From Candidatus Latescibacterota bacterium (GTDB taxonomy: Bacteria > Latescibacterota > UBA2968 > SICM01), in assembly GCA_965217865.1 (NCBI GenBank), contig CBDCJO010000002.1, positions 864,001 through 928,000 on the forward strand: a stretch of DNA of 64,000 bases. The letters run 5' to 3'. The position numbers were made by a program, and so were the translations under genes. Positions 10,709-19,582 of this stretch are shown in pieces. The notes under the pieces were generated by a model, which searched no databases, had not been told where the DNA came from, and was given only the letters and a program-made list of their open reading frames with translations. How positions within the stretch are numbered: the stretch's first letter is position 1; the number at the start of each line of letters is the position of its first letter.

Positions 10709-11638
10709 ATGAAAAACAAGCGTGTTCTGATCACAGGCGGATTCGGATTCATAGGGACAAATTTGATTCGAAAGATGTTGCCCGAAGGCTATGAGGTCAG
10801 GGTTATCGACGACTTGTCAACGGGGAATCGGGATTTTCTCGAAGGCATGCAATACAAATTTTTTCAGGGAGACATTCGCGATAGGGAAATTCTTGAAGAG
10901 GCTCTGGATGGAGTGGATCTTGTCGTTCACTTAGCGGGTCATACCAATGTCATCGAATCGATTGAAAATCCGATGCACGATCTTGAGATCAATGTGCTGG
11001 GAACCCTGAACCTTTTACAAGTAAGTCTAAAACGAGGGATCAAGCGGTTCGTGTTAGCCTCCTCCAACGCCCCACTGGGCGATCAGGAACCCCCGGTCGA
11101 TGAGTCCCAAGTACCGCATCCCTTATCGCCGTATGGCGCAAGCAAGCTAGCCTGCGAGGGTTACTGTGCAGCCTTCCACGGTGGTTATGGGCTCGAGACC
11201 GTTGTGCTTCGGTTCGCGAATGTATACGGGTCCTATTCAACTCATAAAACGAGCGTTGTTGCGAAATTTATCCGACACGCCCTCCGAGGTGAACCGATTG
11301 TGATCTATGGCGACGGCAAACAAACCCGTGACTTTGTTCATGTCGAGGACCTTTGCCATGCTATCATTTTGTCAACCCAGAAACGGGTGGGCGGAGAGCT
11401 GTTCAATATCGCTTCAGGGATCGAAACAAGCGTGCTGGAATTGGTGGATACGATCAGAGAGGCAAGCGGAAAGGATTTCGAGGTGAAATTTGAGCCCGCC
11501 CGAAGGGGTGAAATCCTTCGGAACTACGCATCTATCGAGAAGGCCCGAGATCTGTTGGGATACGATCCTCAGGTGCGGTTGCCGGAGGGTGTAAAAGAAT
11601 GCTACGAATGGTTTCGCAGGAATTATACATACAATTGA
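10709..11638 (+). CDS. NAD-dependent epimerase (UDP-glucose 4-epimerase-like)
   Basis: GGFGFIG, YGASK, RFANVYG and QTRDFVHV motifs. Confidence 0.9.
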   Translation: MKNKRVLITGGFGFIGTNLIRKMLPEGYEVRVIDDLSTGNRDFLEGMQYKFFQGDIRDREILEEALDGVDLVVHLAGHTNVIESIENPMHDLEINVLGTLNLLQVSLKRGIKRFVLASSNAPLGDQEPPVDESQVPHPLSPYGASKLACEGYCAAFHGGYGLETVVLRFANVYGSYSTHKTSVVAKFIRHALRGEPIVIYGDGKQTRDFVHVEDLCHAIILSTQKRVGGELFNIASGIETSVLELVDTIREASGKDFEVKFEPARRGEILRNYASIEKARDLLGYDPQVRLPEGVKECYEWFRRNYTYN

Positions 11639-12758
11639 ACGAGGGTCCGACAAACCCGGTTATTGGAGATTTTAGATGAGGATTTTTATTGCAGGAGTTG
11701 ATGGTTACCTGGGGTGGTCTCTTGCGATGTACCTGGCCGCCCGGGGACACGAGGTGGGTGGCGTCGATGCATACTTTCGGCGGGACTGGGTGTCGGAAAT
11801 GGGTTCCCAGTCCGCAACCCCTATCCGGCGAATGACCGAGCGACTGGAGGCTTTTCGCGAAAACTTCGACAAGAATCTTGATTTCAGGCGGGGAGACCTG
11901 AGGGAGTACGATTTTGTTCTAAACTTTTTCCGCTCTTTCGAACCTGACGCCATCGTACATCTCGGGGAGATGCCGTCGGCGCCGTTCAGTATGGTGGACG
12001 TTCACCATTGTGTTTTTACGCAGACCAATAACATCGTTGGCACGCTTAACATCCTGTATGCACTGCGTGAAGCCTGTCCCCGGGCCCATCTGGTCAAACT
12101 GGGCACCATGGGGGAGTATGGAACCCCGAATGTCGATATTCCGGAAGGGTTCTTCGATATCGAGTATCGCGGCCGGAAAGACCGGCTTCCGTTCCCGCGA
12201 CAGGCTGGAAGCTGGTACCATCAGACCAAGGTGCACGATTCCCATAACATAATGTTTGCGTGTAAAATATGGGGAATCCGTTCGACGGACATTATGCAGG
12301 GGGTTGTGTTCGGAACCCGAATCGAGGAGATGGGGGACGACGAAAGGCTAGTCACGCGCTTCGACTTCGACCAGGCTTTCGGTACCGCGATCAATCGATA
12401 TTGCGCTCAGGCGGTCATCGGACATCCGCTTTCCCCCCTTTGGGATGGGAAATCAAAAACGGGGTTTTCTGCCTCTGCGCGACTCCATGCAGTGCCTAAC
12501 GCTGGCCATGGAGAACCCTCCAGAGGAGGGGGAGTACCGCGTGTTCAACCAGTTTGAAGAGGTCTACAATGTTACGGAGCTTGCCCAGAAGGTGCGAAAG
12601 GTCGGGGACGAATTCGGACTGAAGGTTGAGATCCGAAACGTGGAAAACCCCCGGAGGGAGATGGAGGAGCACTATTATAACCCCGATCACAGGCACCTCC
12701 TGGATCTGGGCTACCAGCCGACCCACGATATTGAGCAGGAGCTCCGTGTAATTTTTAA

Positions 12759-13655
12759 GGTAATTAGGAAGATATTGGTACCAGATTCACCAGATATGAA
12801 GCAATAATTGGGAAGAGATCCTCGTCTTCCTGGTTGAATCTGAACTCTGTTTCCTTCAGGTATAAATGGAAATGATGTCGAGGGATTCCTCTGTATTGAT
12901 ATAGCCAATTTTTAGAAAAACTCCAGAAGCCTTCGATGCCATTGATGTGATGTCGGCCTTTGCCTTTGGGCACCCCTTCTTCTTTTCGAACAACCACGTG
13001 GTCACCTTTGACTGACAGCCAAGTGTAGGCGTGCCAGTCATCGGTGTAGTATAGACTGCCTGCTTTGGTGTGTGAGGTCACAAGCGGTGTAAGGGTGTTT
13101 CGACTTCGATCCGGAATGGGAAAGGTGAGGACTTTTCCGTTCCTCTGATAAAGCCCGAAAACCAAGTGTTTTCCGGCTGCTCCCCATCCACGCTTACCCT
13201 TATGATGACCTCCATACATCGCCTCGTCCAACTCGATCTCACCCCAAAGCACCTGGTCCGTAAAGCTATGATCGTAGATGGCCTGGCGAAACGTGGTATA
13301 AATCCGCTGAGCCGTTTTCAGCGATACGGACAGGTAGTGCCTGGATCGGTAAGAGGGCACTCCCAATACAAACAGATAAAGTAAATGGGCAAGCTCGTCA
13401 AATGAAATTCGAAGCCTTTCAAGATAAGTGCCCGTGAAATCTTTAAACCGATATCCACACCGTGAACACCTGAACCGATCGTCTTTTAATAAGGGCAACC
13501 TGCGCTGATAATCGCAGCTTGGACATCGCCTTTTTCCACCCCAACGGGCTGCACGAAAATAGGCCCTACTTATCTTGCAGTCATTTGCTAACTTAAGTGG
13601 ATTAATTACCAGCATATTATTAATATACGCTGGTGCCAATATCTACTCAATCACC
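12759..13655 (-). mobile_element. IS1595-family insertion sequence (897 bp)
   Basis: Imperfect 26-bp TIRs GGTAATTAGGAAGATATTGGTACCAG / GGTGATTGAGTAGATATTGGCACCAG; 8-bp duplication ATTTTTAA at 12751-12758 and 13656-13663. Confidence 0.9.
12764..13615 (-). CDS. IS1595-family transposase
   Basis: Zn ribbon CPSC..CSRC; ELDE, YTDDW, HINGIEGFWS and YLKETEFRFN motifs. Confidence 0.92.
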   Translation of the reverse strand: MLVINPLKLANDCKISRAYFRAARWGGKRRCPSCDYQRRLPLLKDDRFRCSRCGYRFKDFTGTYLERLRISFDELAHLLYLFVLGVPSYRSRHYLSVSLKTAQRIYTTFRQAIYDHSFTDQVLWGEIELDEAMYGGHHKGKRGWGAAGKHLVFGLYQRNGKVLTFPIPDRSRNTLTPLVTSHTKAGSLYYTDDWHAYTWLSVKGDHVVVRKEEGVPKGKGRHHINGIEGFWSFSKNWLYQYRGIPRHHFHLYLKETEFRFNQEDEDLFPIIASYLVNLVPISS

Positions 13656-13821
13656 ATTTTTAAAGACCTGATGAAATACAGGGACCGCATCGATGGGAAG
13701 CGGCAGGCCCTGATTCCGGATATTCGCTGGGATGGGTCCCGGGCGAAAGTCAAGTTTATCGAGGTGGGGGGCCAGAATCGGGCGTCAACGGATTAAGGAA
13801 TTGGATCACCGAAAAGTGCAG

Positions 13822-14682
13822 ATGAAAGAGGAACCATCTTCAACCGCGGAATCACATACCTATTACTCCGACCAACAGGTGGGATGGGGTTTCAGGGTGT
13901 GGCGAGAAATGGTGAGCGAGCTGATTCTGAGCAGGGAGCTCATACTCCGCTTGTTCTGGCGTGATTTCACGGCCAAATACAAGCAATCTGTCCTGGGCGT
14001 TCTGTGGGCTCTCATCATGCCCCTGATGATGGTCGGGATCTTCGTGTTTTTGAACCGTTCGGGGATTTTGAATATCGGGGAAACAGCGATCCCATATCCT
14101 TTATACGCCCTGATCGGCCTGACGATCTGGGGGCTTTTCGCCGGGGGACTTATATCCTGCGCCAATGCCATAGTATCGGGTGGATCCCTGGTTGTAAAAG
14201 TCAATTTCCCAAAAGAGTCGTTGATCATCGCATCTTTTGGTCAGGTCATCGTCGAAACGCTTGTGCGTATTGGGCTGTTGGCACTTGTGTTTGTCTTCTA
14301 TCGGGTTATCCCATGCTGGACGACCCTTCTTCTTCCTTTTGTCCTTCTGCCCATGATTTTGCTCACCCTGGGTCTCGGGTTTTTCTTTTCACTGTTGAAC
14401 GTCCTGGTCCGCGACATCGCGAACATGCTCACGCTCGGAACGACATTTCTTCTGTTCCTGACGCCTGTTGCATATCCCATCCCAAAGGAAGGGATATTTG
14501 CTGCAGTTGCCCCATATAATCCCCTGGCTACACTCGTCGGCGCGGCCCGCGATGTGGTTATCACGGGTTATTTGAAACAACCAGCTGAGTTTGCGTGGAT
14601 AAGCGGATTCGCTCTGGTAATTTTCCTGATTTCTTGGCGAATTTTCCACCTGGTCGAACCCCGAATGGCGGAGAGGCTATGA
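13822..14682 (+). CDS. wzm: ABC-2 polysaccharide exporter permease
   Basis: RDFTAKYKQSVLGVLWA, KVNFPKE, VRD and NPL motifs; multiple TM helices; start approximate. Confidence 0.9.
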   Translation: MKEEPSSTAESHTYYSDQQVGWGFRVWREMVSELILSRELILRLFWRDFTAKYKQSVLGVLWALIMPLMMVGIFVFLNRSGILNIGETAIPYPLYALIGLTIWGLFAGGLISCANAIVSGGSLVVKVNFPKESLIIASFGQVIVETLVRIGLLALVFVFYRVIPCWTTLLLPFVLLPMILLTLGLGFFFSLLNVLVRDIANMLTLGTTFLLFLTPVAYPIPKEGIFAAVAPYNPLATLVGAARDVVITGYLKQPAEFAWISGFALVIFLISWRIFHLVEPRMAERL

Positions 14683-15959
14683 GCGTCGAGAAGACGACCG
14701 TCCTTGTTCAGGAGGTGTCTAAGAAATTCAGCCGATCGCTCAAACATTCGATCGCCTACGGGATGGCGGATATTACCCGGAATGTGGTTGGACTCCGTTC
14801 GCCTTCTGAGGATTTGAGGCCGAGAGAATTCTGGGCGCTCGATGACGTTTCATTCGAGCTTCATAGGGGAGAGATCCTGGGACTGATCGGGCCCAACGGG
14901 TCCGGAAAAAGCACGACGCTAAAGCTTCTTAACGGAATATTCATGCCGGATCGGGGAAGGATCCATATCCATGGGCGGGTGGGCGCCTTAATCGATGTCG
15001 GGGTGGGTTTTCATCCGATGCTGACCGGCCGCGAGAACATCTTCGTCAGCGGGGCGATTCTGGGCTTGTCCAAAAGGGAGATCGACCGGAAACTAGACGA
15101 GATTATCGCATTCTCGGAGATAGAGGACTTCATCGACACGCCGGTGAGGTTCTACAGTTCCGGAATGTACGTGCGGTTGGGTTTCTCCGTGGCGATTCAC
15201 CTGGACCCGGATGTCTTGCTGATCGACGAGGTGTTAAGCGTCGGCGATATGGCCTTTGGACGGAAATGTTTTCAGAGGATGACCGAGATCCTGAATTCAG
15301 GAATCACAGTGGTGTTCGTCTCTCACGCGATCCGTCACGTTGAACGGATCTGCCAAAAGGCCCTTCTGTTGCACCACGGAAAGGTTCGATTTTATGGTCC
15401 CGCATATGAGGTTTCGAAGGAATATTACGCGCTTGCGAATCGCCTTTTCCTTTCAAGAGGTTCGGAAGCTGTTAAAGATCGCGCGTTCGGGGTCCATTCC
15501 GATCCGGAACGGTTCGAGGTGACGGGTGTCGAGTTGCTCGACGAGCGGAGAGAACGATGCGATCAGTTCAAAATGCTTCAGACCGTGATCATTCGATTTC
15601 ACTTTGTCGCCCACCGAAAGGTTGAGGGTTTGCAAGTGGTTGTGCGATTCTTAACGATCGACGGTGTTTCGATCAGCAGTCTTTCCCCCCGGGAAGACGA
15701 ATGTCCGGATTTTGAAGGTGAGGGTTATCTGGATTGCGTTGTTCCGGAGCTGGCCTTGCGCGAAGGGGTATACACCATCACGGTTTCTTTTTCAGATCGT
15801 GTTTCAGCCCTGTTCAAATGCGATCGGGCTGCTGAACTATCGATCATTCCTGATGATTCGCTATACCGGACGAATTTGTCGACGGGAGCCCTGGTGGTTT
15901 TCCCGGCGCGTTGGGAATTCCGAAATCAAGAATCGGAGATTCAAGCCGTCAAGGCATGA
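14679..15959 (+). CDS. wzt: ABC polysaccharide exporter ATPase with C-terminal Wzt_C domain
   Basis: GPNGSGKST, YSSGMYVRLGF and LLIDEVLSVGD motifs; ~150-aa C-terminal extension; ATGA overlap with wzm. Confidence 0.92.
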   Translation: MSVEKTTVLVQEVSKKFSRSLKHSIAYGMADITRNVVGLRSPSEDLRPREFWALDDVSFELHRGEILGLIGPNGSGKSTTLKLLNGIFMPDRGRIHIHGRVGALIDVGVGFHPMLTGRENIFVSGAILGLSKREIDRKLDEIIAFSEIEDFIDTPVRFYSSGMYVRLGFSVAIHLDPDVLLIDEVLSVGDMAFGRKCFQRMTEILNSGITVVFVSHAIRHVERICQKALLLHHGKVRFYGPAYEVSKEYYALANRLFLSRGSEAVKDRAFGVHSDPERFEVTGVELLDERRERCDQFKMLQTVIIRFHFVAHRKVEGLQVVVRFLTIDGVSISSLSPREDECPDFEGEGYLDCVVPELALREGVYTITVSFSDRVSALFKCDRAAELSIIPDDSLYRTNLSTGALVVFPARWEFRNQESEIQAVKA

Positions 15960-15988
15960 CCTGAATATACTTTAGCCTGGAGACGAAA

Positions 15989-17407
15989 GTGGCGGATTCT
16001 CAAAATTATAAACCCAAGATAAGCGTCATCATTACTGCCCATAATTATGCAAAATATCTGGGTCAGGCGATCGACAGCGTATTGAACCAGACCCTGGATG
16101 ATTTTGAACTCATCATCGTAGACGACGGGAGCACGGATTTTACCCAGGAAGTCCTGGCGAAATATAAAGGGTCACCTAAAATTAACGTCATCAAGCTCGA
16201 GGGGGTTGGCCTAGCCAAAGCCTGTAACCTGGGGATCCGGGAATCGAGAGGTGAATACATCATTCGGTTGGATGCAGATGACTATTTTGACGAGAATATG
16301 TTACTCGTCGAAAGTTGTGTCCTTGATACAAAATCCGACGTCCATCTGGTATTTTGCGATTATTATCGCATCGACTCGACAGGGGATCTCATTGACTATT
16401 ACAGACTGATGGGGCAGGACGAGTCGACCCTTTTGGATCGTTCATCTCTTGCTTCGGGAATCATGTTCCGTCGATGGTGTTATGAAGAGGTAGGTGGTTA
16501 TAACGAGGGATTGAAATACCAAGAGGATTACGATTTCTGGTTGAAGTTCACATCCCGATTTAAAGTATATAAAGTTCACCTTCCCCTCTACTATTACCGG
16601 AAGCACGATGGAACAATGTCCACCCAGACACAACCTCGGATGGAGGCCAGGAGGCAGGTTAAGAGCGAGTTGGCAAAGCGACGCCGTGAATCTTATCCGG
16701 AGGTCATCGGCGTTATTCCGGCCTCTACATATCTGATGAAAGGTGTTGAATATAAGCCCCCCTTGATTAATATCAACGATGAACCGCTGATTCATTTTGC
16801 CATTCAGAACCTTCAGAGTTGTCAATTTATCCAAAAGGTCTTTGTTTCCGCAGATGACCCGGAAGTTGAGCGTGTTGCTTTGGAGAACGGTGCGCTATCA
16901 CTCGGCCTAAGGCCCAAACGCCTGTCAAAACCGGCGACTATGGAAGAGATCGTAAAGGACACTCTATCAAGGCTCAGTGAGTCTCGCGAGTCCATTCCCG
17001 AGGTTGTTGCAACTCTTGGTCCAGATTATCCCCTCGTCAGGTCGGTTCATCTGGATGAGGCGATCGACACCCTCGTCCTGCATGATTATGATTCCGTTGT
17101 ATCGGTCACCGAAGAAGATGCCTTTCACTGGCATCCCGGACCGGCAGGGTTTGTGCCTATAGGGTATCACCGCGGCATGATGAAAATGGATAAAGAAAAG
17201 GTCTATAAAGAAACCGGAGGGATCAGAGTGGTTCAGACGAAAAACCTTCTGGGTCATTCTTGGTTGGGGCATTCAATTGGATACATTGAGTTGGCACCTC
17301 GGGATGCCCTTAGAATAGAGGATCCCGACTGGTCAAGAATTGCAGTCGAAGCCGTTATGGGGATGCAAGTTGGCCAAGGCAAAGACATGCTGACTAAGTG
17401 GGGGTAA
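15989..17407 (+). CDS. GT2 glycosyltransferase fused to a degenerate NeuA-like cytidylyltransferase domain
   Basis: IIVDDGSTD, RLDADD and EDYDFW motifs; C-terminal VIGVIPA..VFVSADD..RPKRLS..YDSVVSV. Confidence 0.8.
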   Translation: MADSQNYKPKISVIITAHNYAKYLGQAIDSVLNQTLDDFELIIVDDGSTDFTQEVLAKYKGSPKINVIKLEGVGLAKACNLGIRESRGEYIIRLDADDYFDENMLLVESCVLDTKSDVHLVFCDYYRIDSTGDLIDYYRLMGQDESTLLDRSSLASGIMFRRWCYEEVGGYNEGLKYQEDYDFWLKFTSRFKVYKVHLPLYYYRKHDGTMSTQTQPRMEARRQVKSELAKRRRESYPEVIGVIPASTYLMKGVEYKPPLININDEPLIHFAIQNLQSCQFIQKVFVSADDPEVERVALENGALSLGLRPKRLSKPATMEEIVKDTLSRLSESRESIPEVVATLGPDYPLVRSVHLDEAIDTLVLHDYDSVVSVTEEDAFHWHPGPAGFVPIGYHRGMMKMDKEKVYKETGGIRVVQTKNLLGHSWLGHSIGYIELAPRDALRIEDPDWSRIAVEAVMGMQVGQGKDMLTKWG

Positions 17408-17414
17408 AAGAATC

Positions 17415-18452
17415 ATGAATATCGGTCCGTTTGAAATCGGGTTGAAAACTCTGGTCATTGCCGAAATCGGTAATAATCACCTGGGAAACCCTGAACTTGC
17501 CAGTCAGATGATCGACGCGGCCGTTGAATGCGGGGTGGATGCAGTTAAGTTTCAACTTTACAATTCCGATTTGCTCGTAACCGCCGATATGCCAGTCCTA
17601 AAACACGTTCCACAAAATGAAGCCAATACCCAGCGAGAAAGATTTCGGAAAATGGTTCTTCCATACGAAGCTTTTGAGAAATTGGCCGAACACGCCAAGG
17701 ATAAGGACGTCATTTTCCTGACCACTCCTTTTGATGAAGAAAGCACGGATTTTCTGGATCATCTTGTGCCGGCTTATAAAATCGCCTCGGGTGAGGCCAA
17801 CAATTTAAGGTTGATCGATCATATAGCTTCGAAGGGAAAGCCCATCCTGATTTCTACGGGGATGTGCACCCAGGATGATGTTGACAATCTCGTTGAAAGG
17901 CTCCCGAGGGAGCGGGTCGTCCTGCTTCACTGCATCGGTTCTTATCCCACGCCGGAAGACCAGGCGAGCCTTTCTGTTATTCCATTTTATCGGGAGCGAT
18001 ATGGAGTCCACGTGGGCTACTCGGATCACACCGTTGGCACTCTGGCCCCTCTTGTGGCGGTTTCCCTCGGGGCCGTCGTAATCGAAAAACATTTCATTCT
18101 TGATCGAGCATCTCCCGCAGGTGATCGAGCGCTCTCGATTACCCCTGAAGAGATGAGGCTTCTTGTTCAAAACATCAGGCGAGTTGAACAGATGAAAGGG
18201 CTCGCATCCAAGGAAATCCAGCAATGCGAGGAATATGCGATTAAGGCCCTGAGGAGGGGGATCTACGTAATAAAAGACTTCAAGGAGAACGAAACAATAA
18301 CCGAATCCGACATCATTGCAACAAGACCGGTGGTCGACGGAGGGAGGAGGATCAATGAGTTGGAAAATGGGGTTCGGTTCCACGTCAAAGGGCCAATTGT
18401 AGCGGGGGGGCCCATTACCTTTGAAAACACCAAACGTATCGATCCAGAATGA
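17415..18452 (+). CDS. NeuB/SpsE-family nonulosonic acid synthase
   Basis: IAEIGNNHLG, DAVKFQ, YKIASGE, GYSDHT and IEKHF motifs; C-terminal SAF domain. Confidence 0.92.
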   Translation: MNIGPFEIGLKTLVIAEIGNNHLGNPELASQMIDAAVECGVDAVKFQLYNSDLLVTADMPVLKHVPQNEANTQRERFRKMVLPYEAFEKLAEHAKDKDVIFLTTPFDEESTDFLDHLVPAYKIASGEANNLRLIDHIASKGKPILISTGMCTQDDVDNLVERLPRERVVLLHCIGSYPTPEDQASLSVIPFYRERYGVHVGYSDHTVGTLAPLVAVSLGAVVIEKHFILDRASPAGDRALSITPEEMRLLVQNIRRVEQMKGLASKEIQQCEEYAIKALRRGIYVIKDFKENETITESDIIATRPVVDGGRRINELENGVRFHVKGPIVAGGPITFENTKRIDPE

Positions 18453-18469
18453 TCTGAAAACTCTTCTCC

Positions 18470-19288
18470 GTGAACATTAAGGAGGTTGAGGTGGGATACC
18501 GCTGTAATGCGATCATCGAGGCCCGGATATCTTCGACTCGCCTTTTCAAAAAGGTTTTGATGCCCATCTGTGGAAAACCGGCACTCCACCTCCTTATCGA
18601 ACGTGTAGAGCAGAGTTCTGCGATCGATAAAGTGATCGTTGCAACCACGACGGAGGATGAGGATGAGGAAATCGCCAAAGCGGTCTCGAACTGGGGAACA
18701 GCCGTATACCGCGGCAGTCGTGATGATGTCATGTCCAGAGTACTCGAAGCCGCGAAGGCTTACGAAACCGATATTATCGTAGGGCTTACGGGTGATAATC
18801 TCTTGATTGATGGTCACCTCATTGATGCTGTGGTTGAATTTCTATTGAAGGGAAAATATGACTATGTGACGACCACGCACATGCATCACAGCAAGAAATG
18901 GGATGCTGAAAGAACCTTCCCTCCTGGGATAACGGTTCAAGCGCTATGGCGGAGGGTTCTTGAGGAAGTGAACCGAGAGGATTTCGAACCCCGATTACGT
19001 GAGTACAGTACATTTCGGGTTTACGATCAGCCAGAACGATTCAGATTGGGTGCTTTTCAATGCCAAGGCAAATTCGAGACTTTCAACCGTCCTCAATATC
19101 GGCTTACCATGGATACCCCGGAGGATTTTGAAGTGGTCTCCATGGTTTTTGAACAATTTTATCCTACCAACCCATTATTCTCTTCGGCTGAAGTAATTCA
19201 TTGGCTCGATAAGAATCCGGAAATAGTTTCGATAAACCGGCATGTCCAGCCTCGAATTGTCAGTCAGCGAACCAACCTAACTCGTTGA
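18470..19288 (+). CDS. SpsF-type cytidylyltransferase
   Basis: IIEARISSTRL..KVL, RGSRDDVMSR and RLTMDTPED motifs. Confidence 0.85.
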   Translation: MNIKEVEVGYRCNAIIEARISSTRLFKKVLMPICGKPALHLLIERVEQSSAIDKVIVATTTEDEDEEIAKAVSNWGTAVYRGSRDDVMSRVLEAAKAYETDIIVGLTGDNLLIDGHLIDAVVEFLLKGKYDYVTTTHMHHSKKWDAERTFPPGITVQALWRRVLEEVNREDFEPRLREYSTFRVYDQPERFRLGAFQCQGKFETFNRPQYRLTMDTPEDFEVVSMVFEQFYPTNPLFSSAEVIHWLDKNPEIVSINRHVQPRIVSQRTNLTR

Positions 19289-19544
19289 AGAAGTCGTTCG
19301 AGTTTATATTTCAAATTATATTCCTTGCAGGAATTACCGGGGGCCGGTATTTCTATCCAAATATGGTTTATCGACAGAAGATGCTTCGCGAAAGGGAGCG
19401 ATTTGGAAGATGATGGCTTGTTTCGAGGGGGAGCACACGGTTTTTGATATCGCCGGAAACAATACTGAGTTGGGCTATTGGGATGTTATGGATTATGTAG
19501 AAAAATTTCGTGCGAACGGGTTGGTTGATCCACGCCCGATTTAA
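19281..19544 (+). pseudogene. 3' remnant of a DUF4910-like protein (C-terminal winged helix)
   Basis: Manual translation LVEEVVRVYISNYIPCRNYRGPVFLSKYGL..MACFEGEHTVFDIA..YWDVMDYVEKFRANGLV*; lacks the N-terminal part. Confidence 0.55.
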
Positions 19545-19582
19545 ATCAGTAATACCAATTCCGTGTTTGAAAGAAATCAGAA

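Larger units (their letters stand above)
11676..13796 (+). pseudogene. sqdB: UDP-sulfoquinovose synthase, frameshifted at a C6 run (12433-12438) and interrupted by IS1595
   Basis: GVDGYLGW, HLVKLGTMGEYGTPN, SWYHQTKVHDS and FNQF motifs; after IS removal it continues ELRVIFK-DLMKYRDRI..IRW to 13796. Confidence 0.85.
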
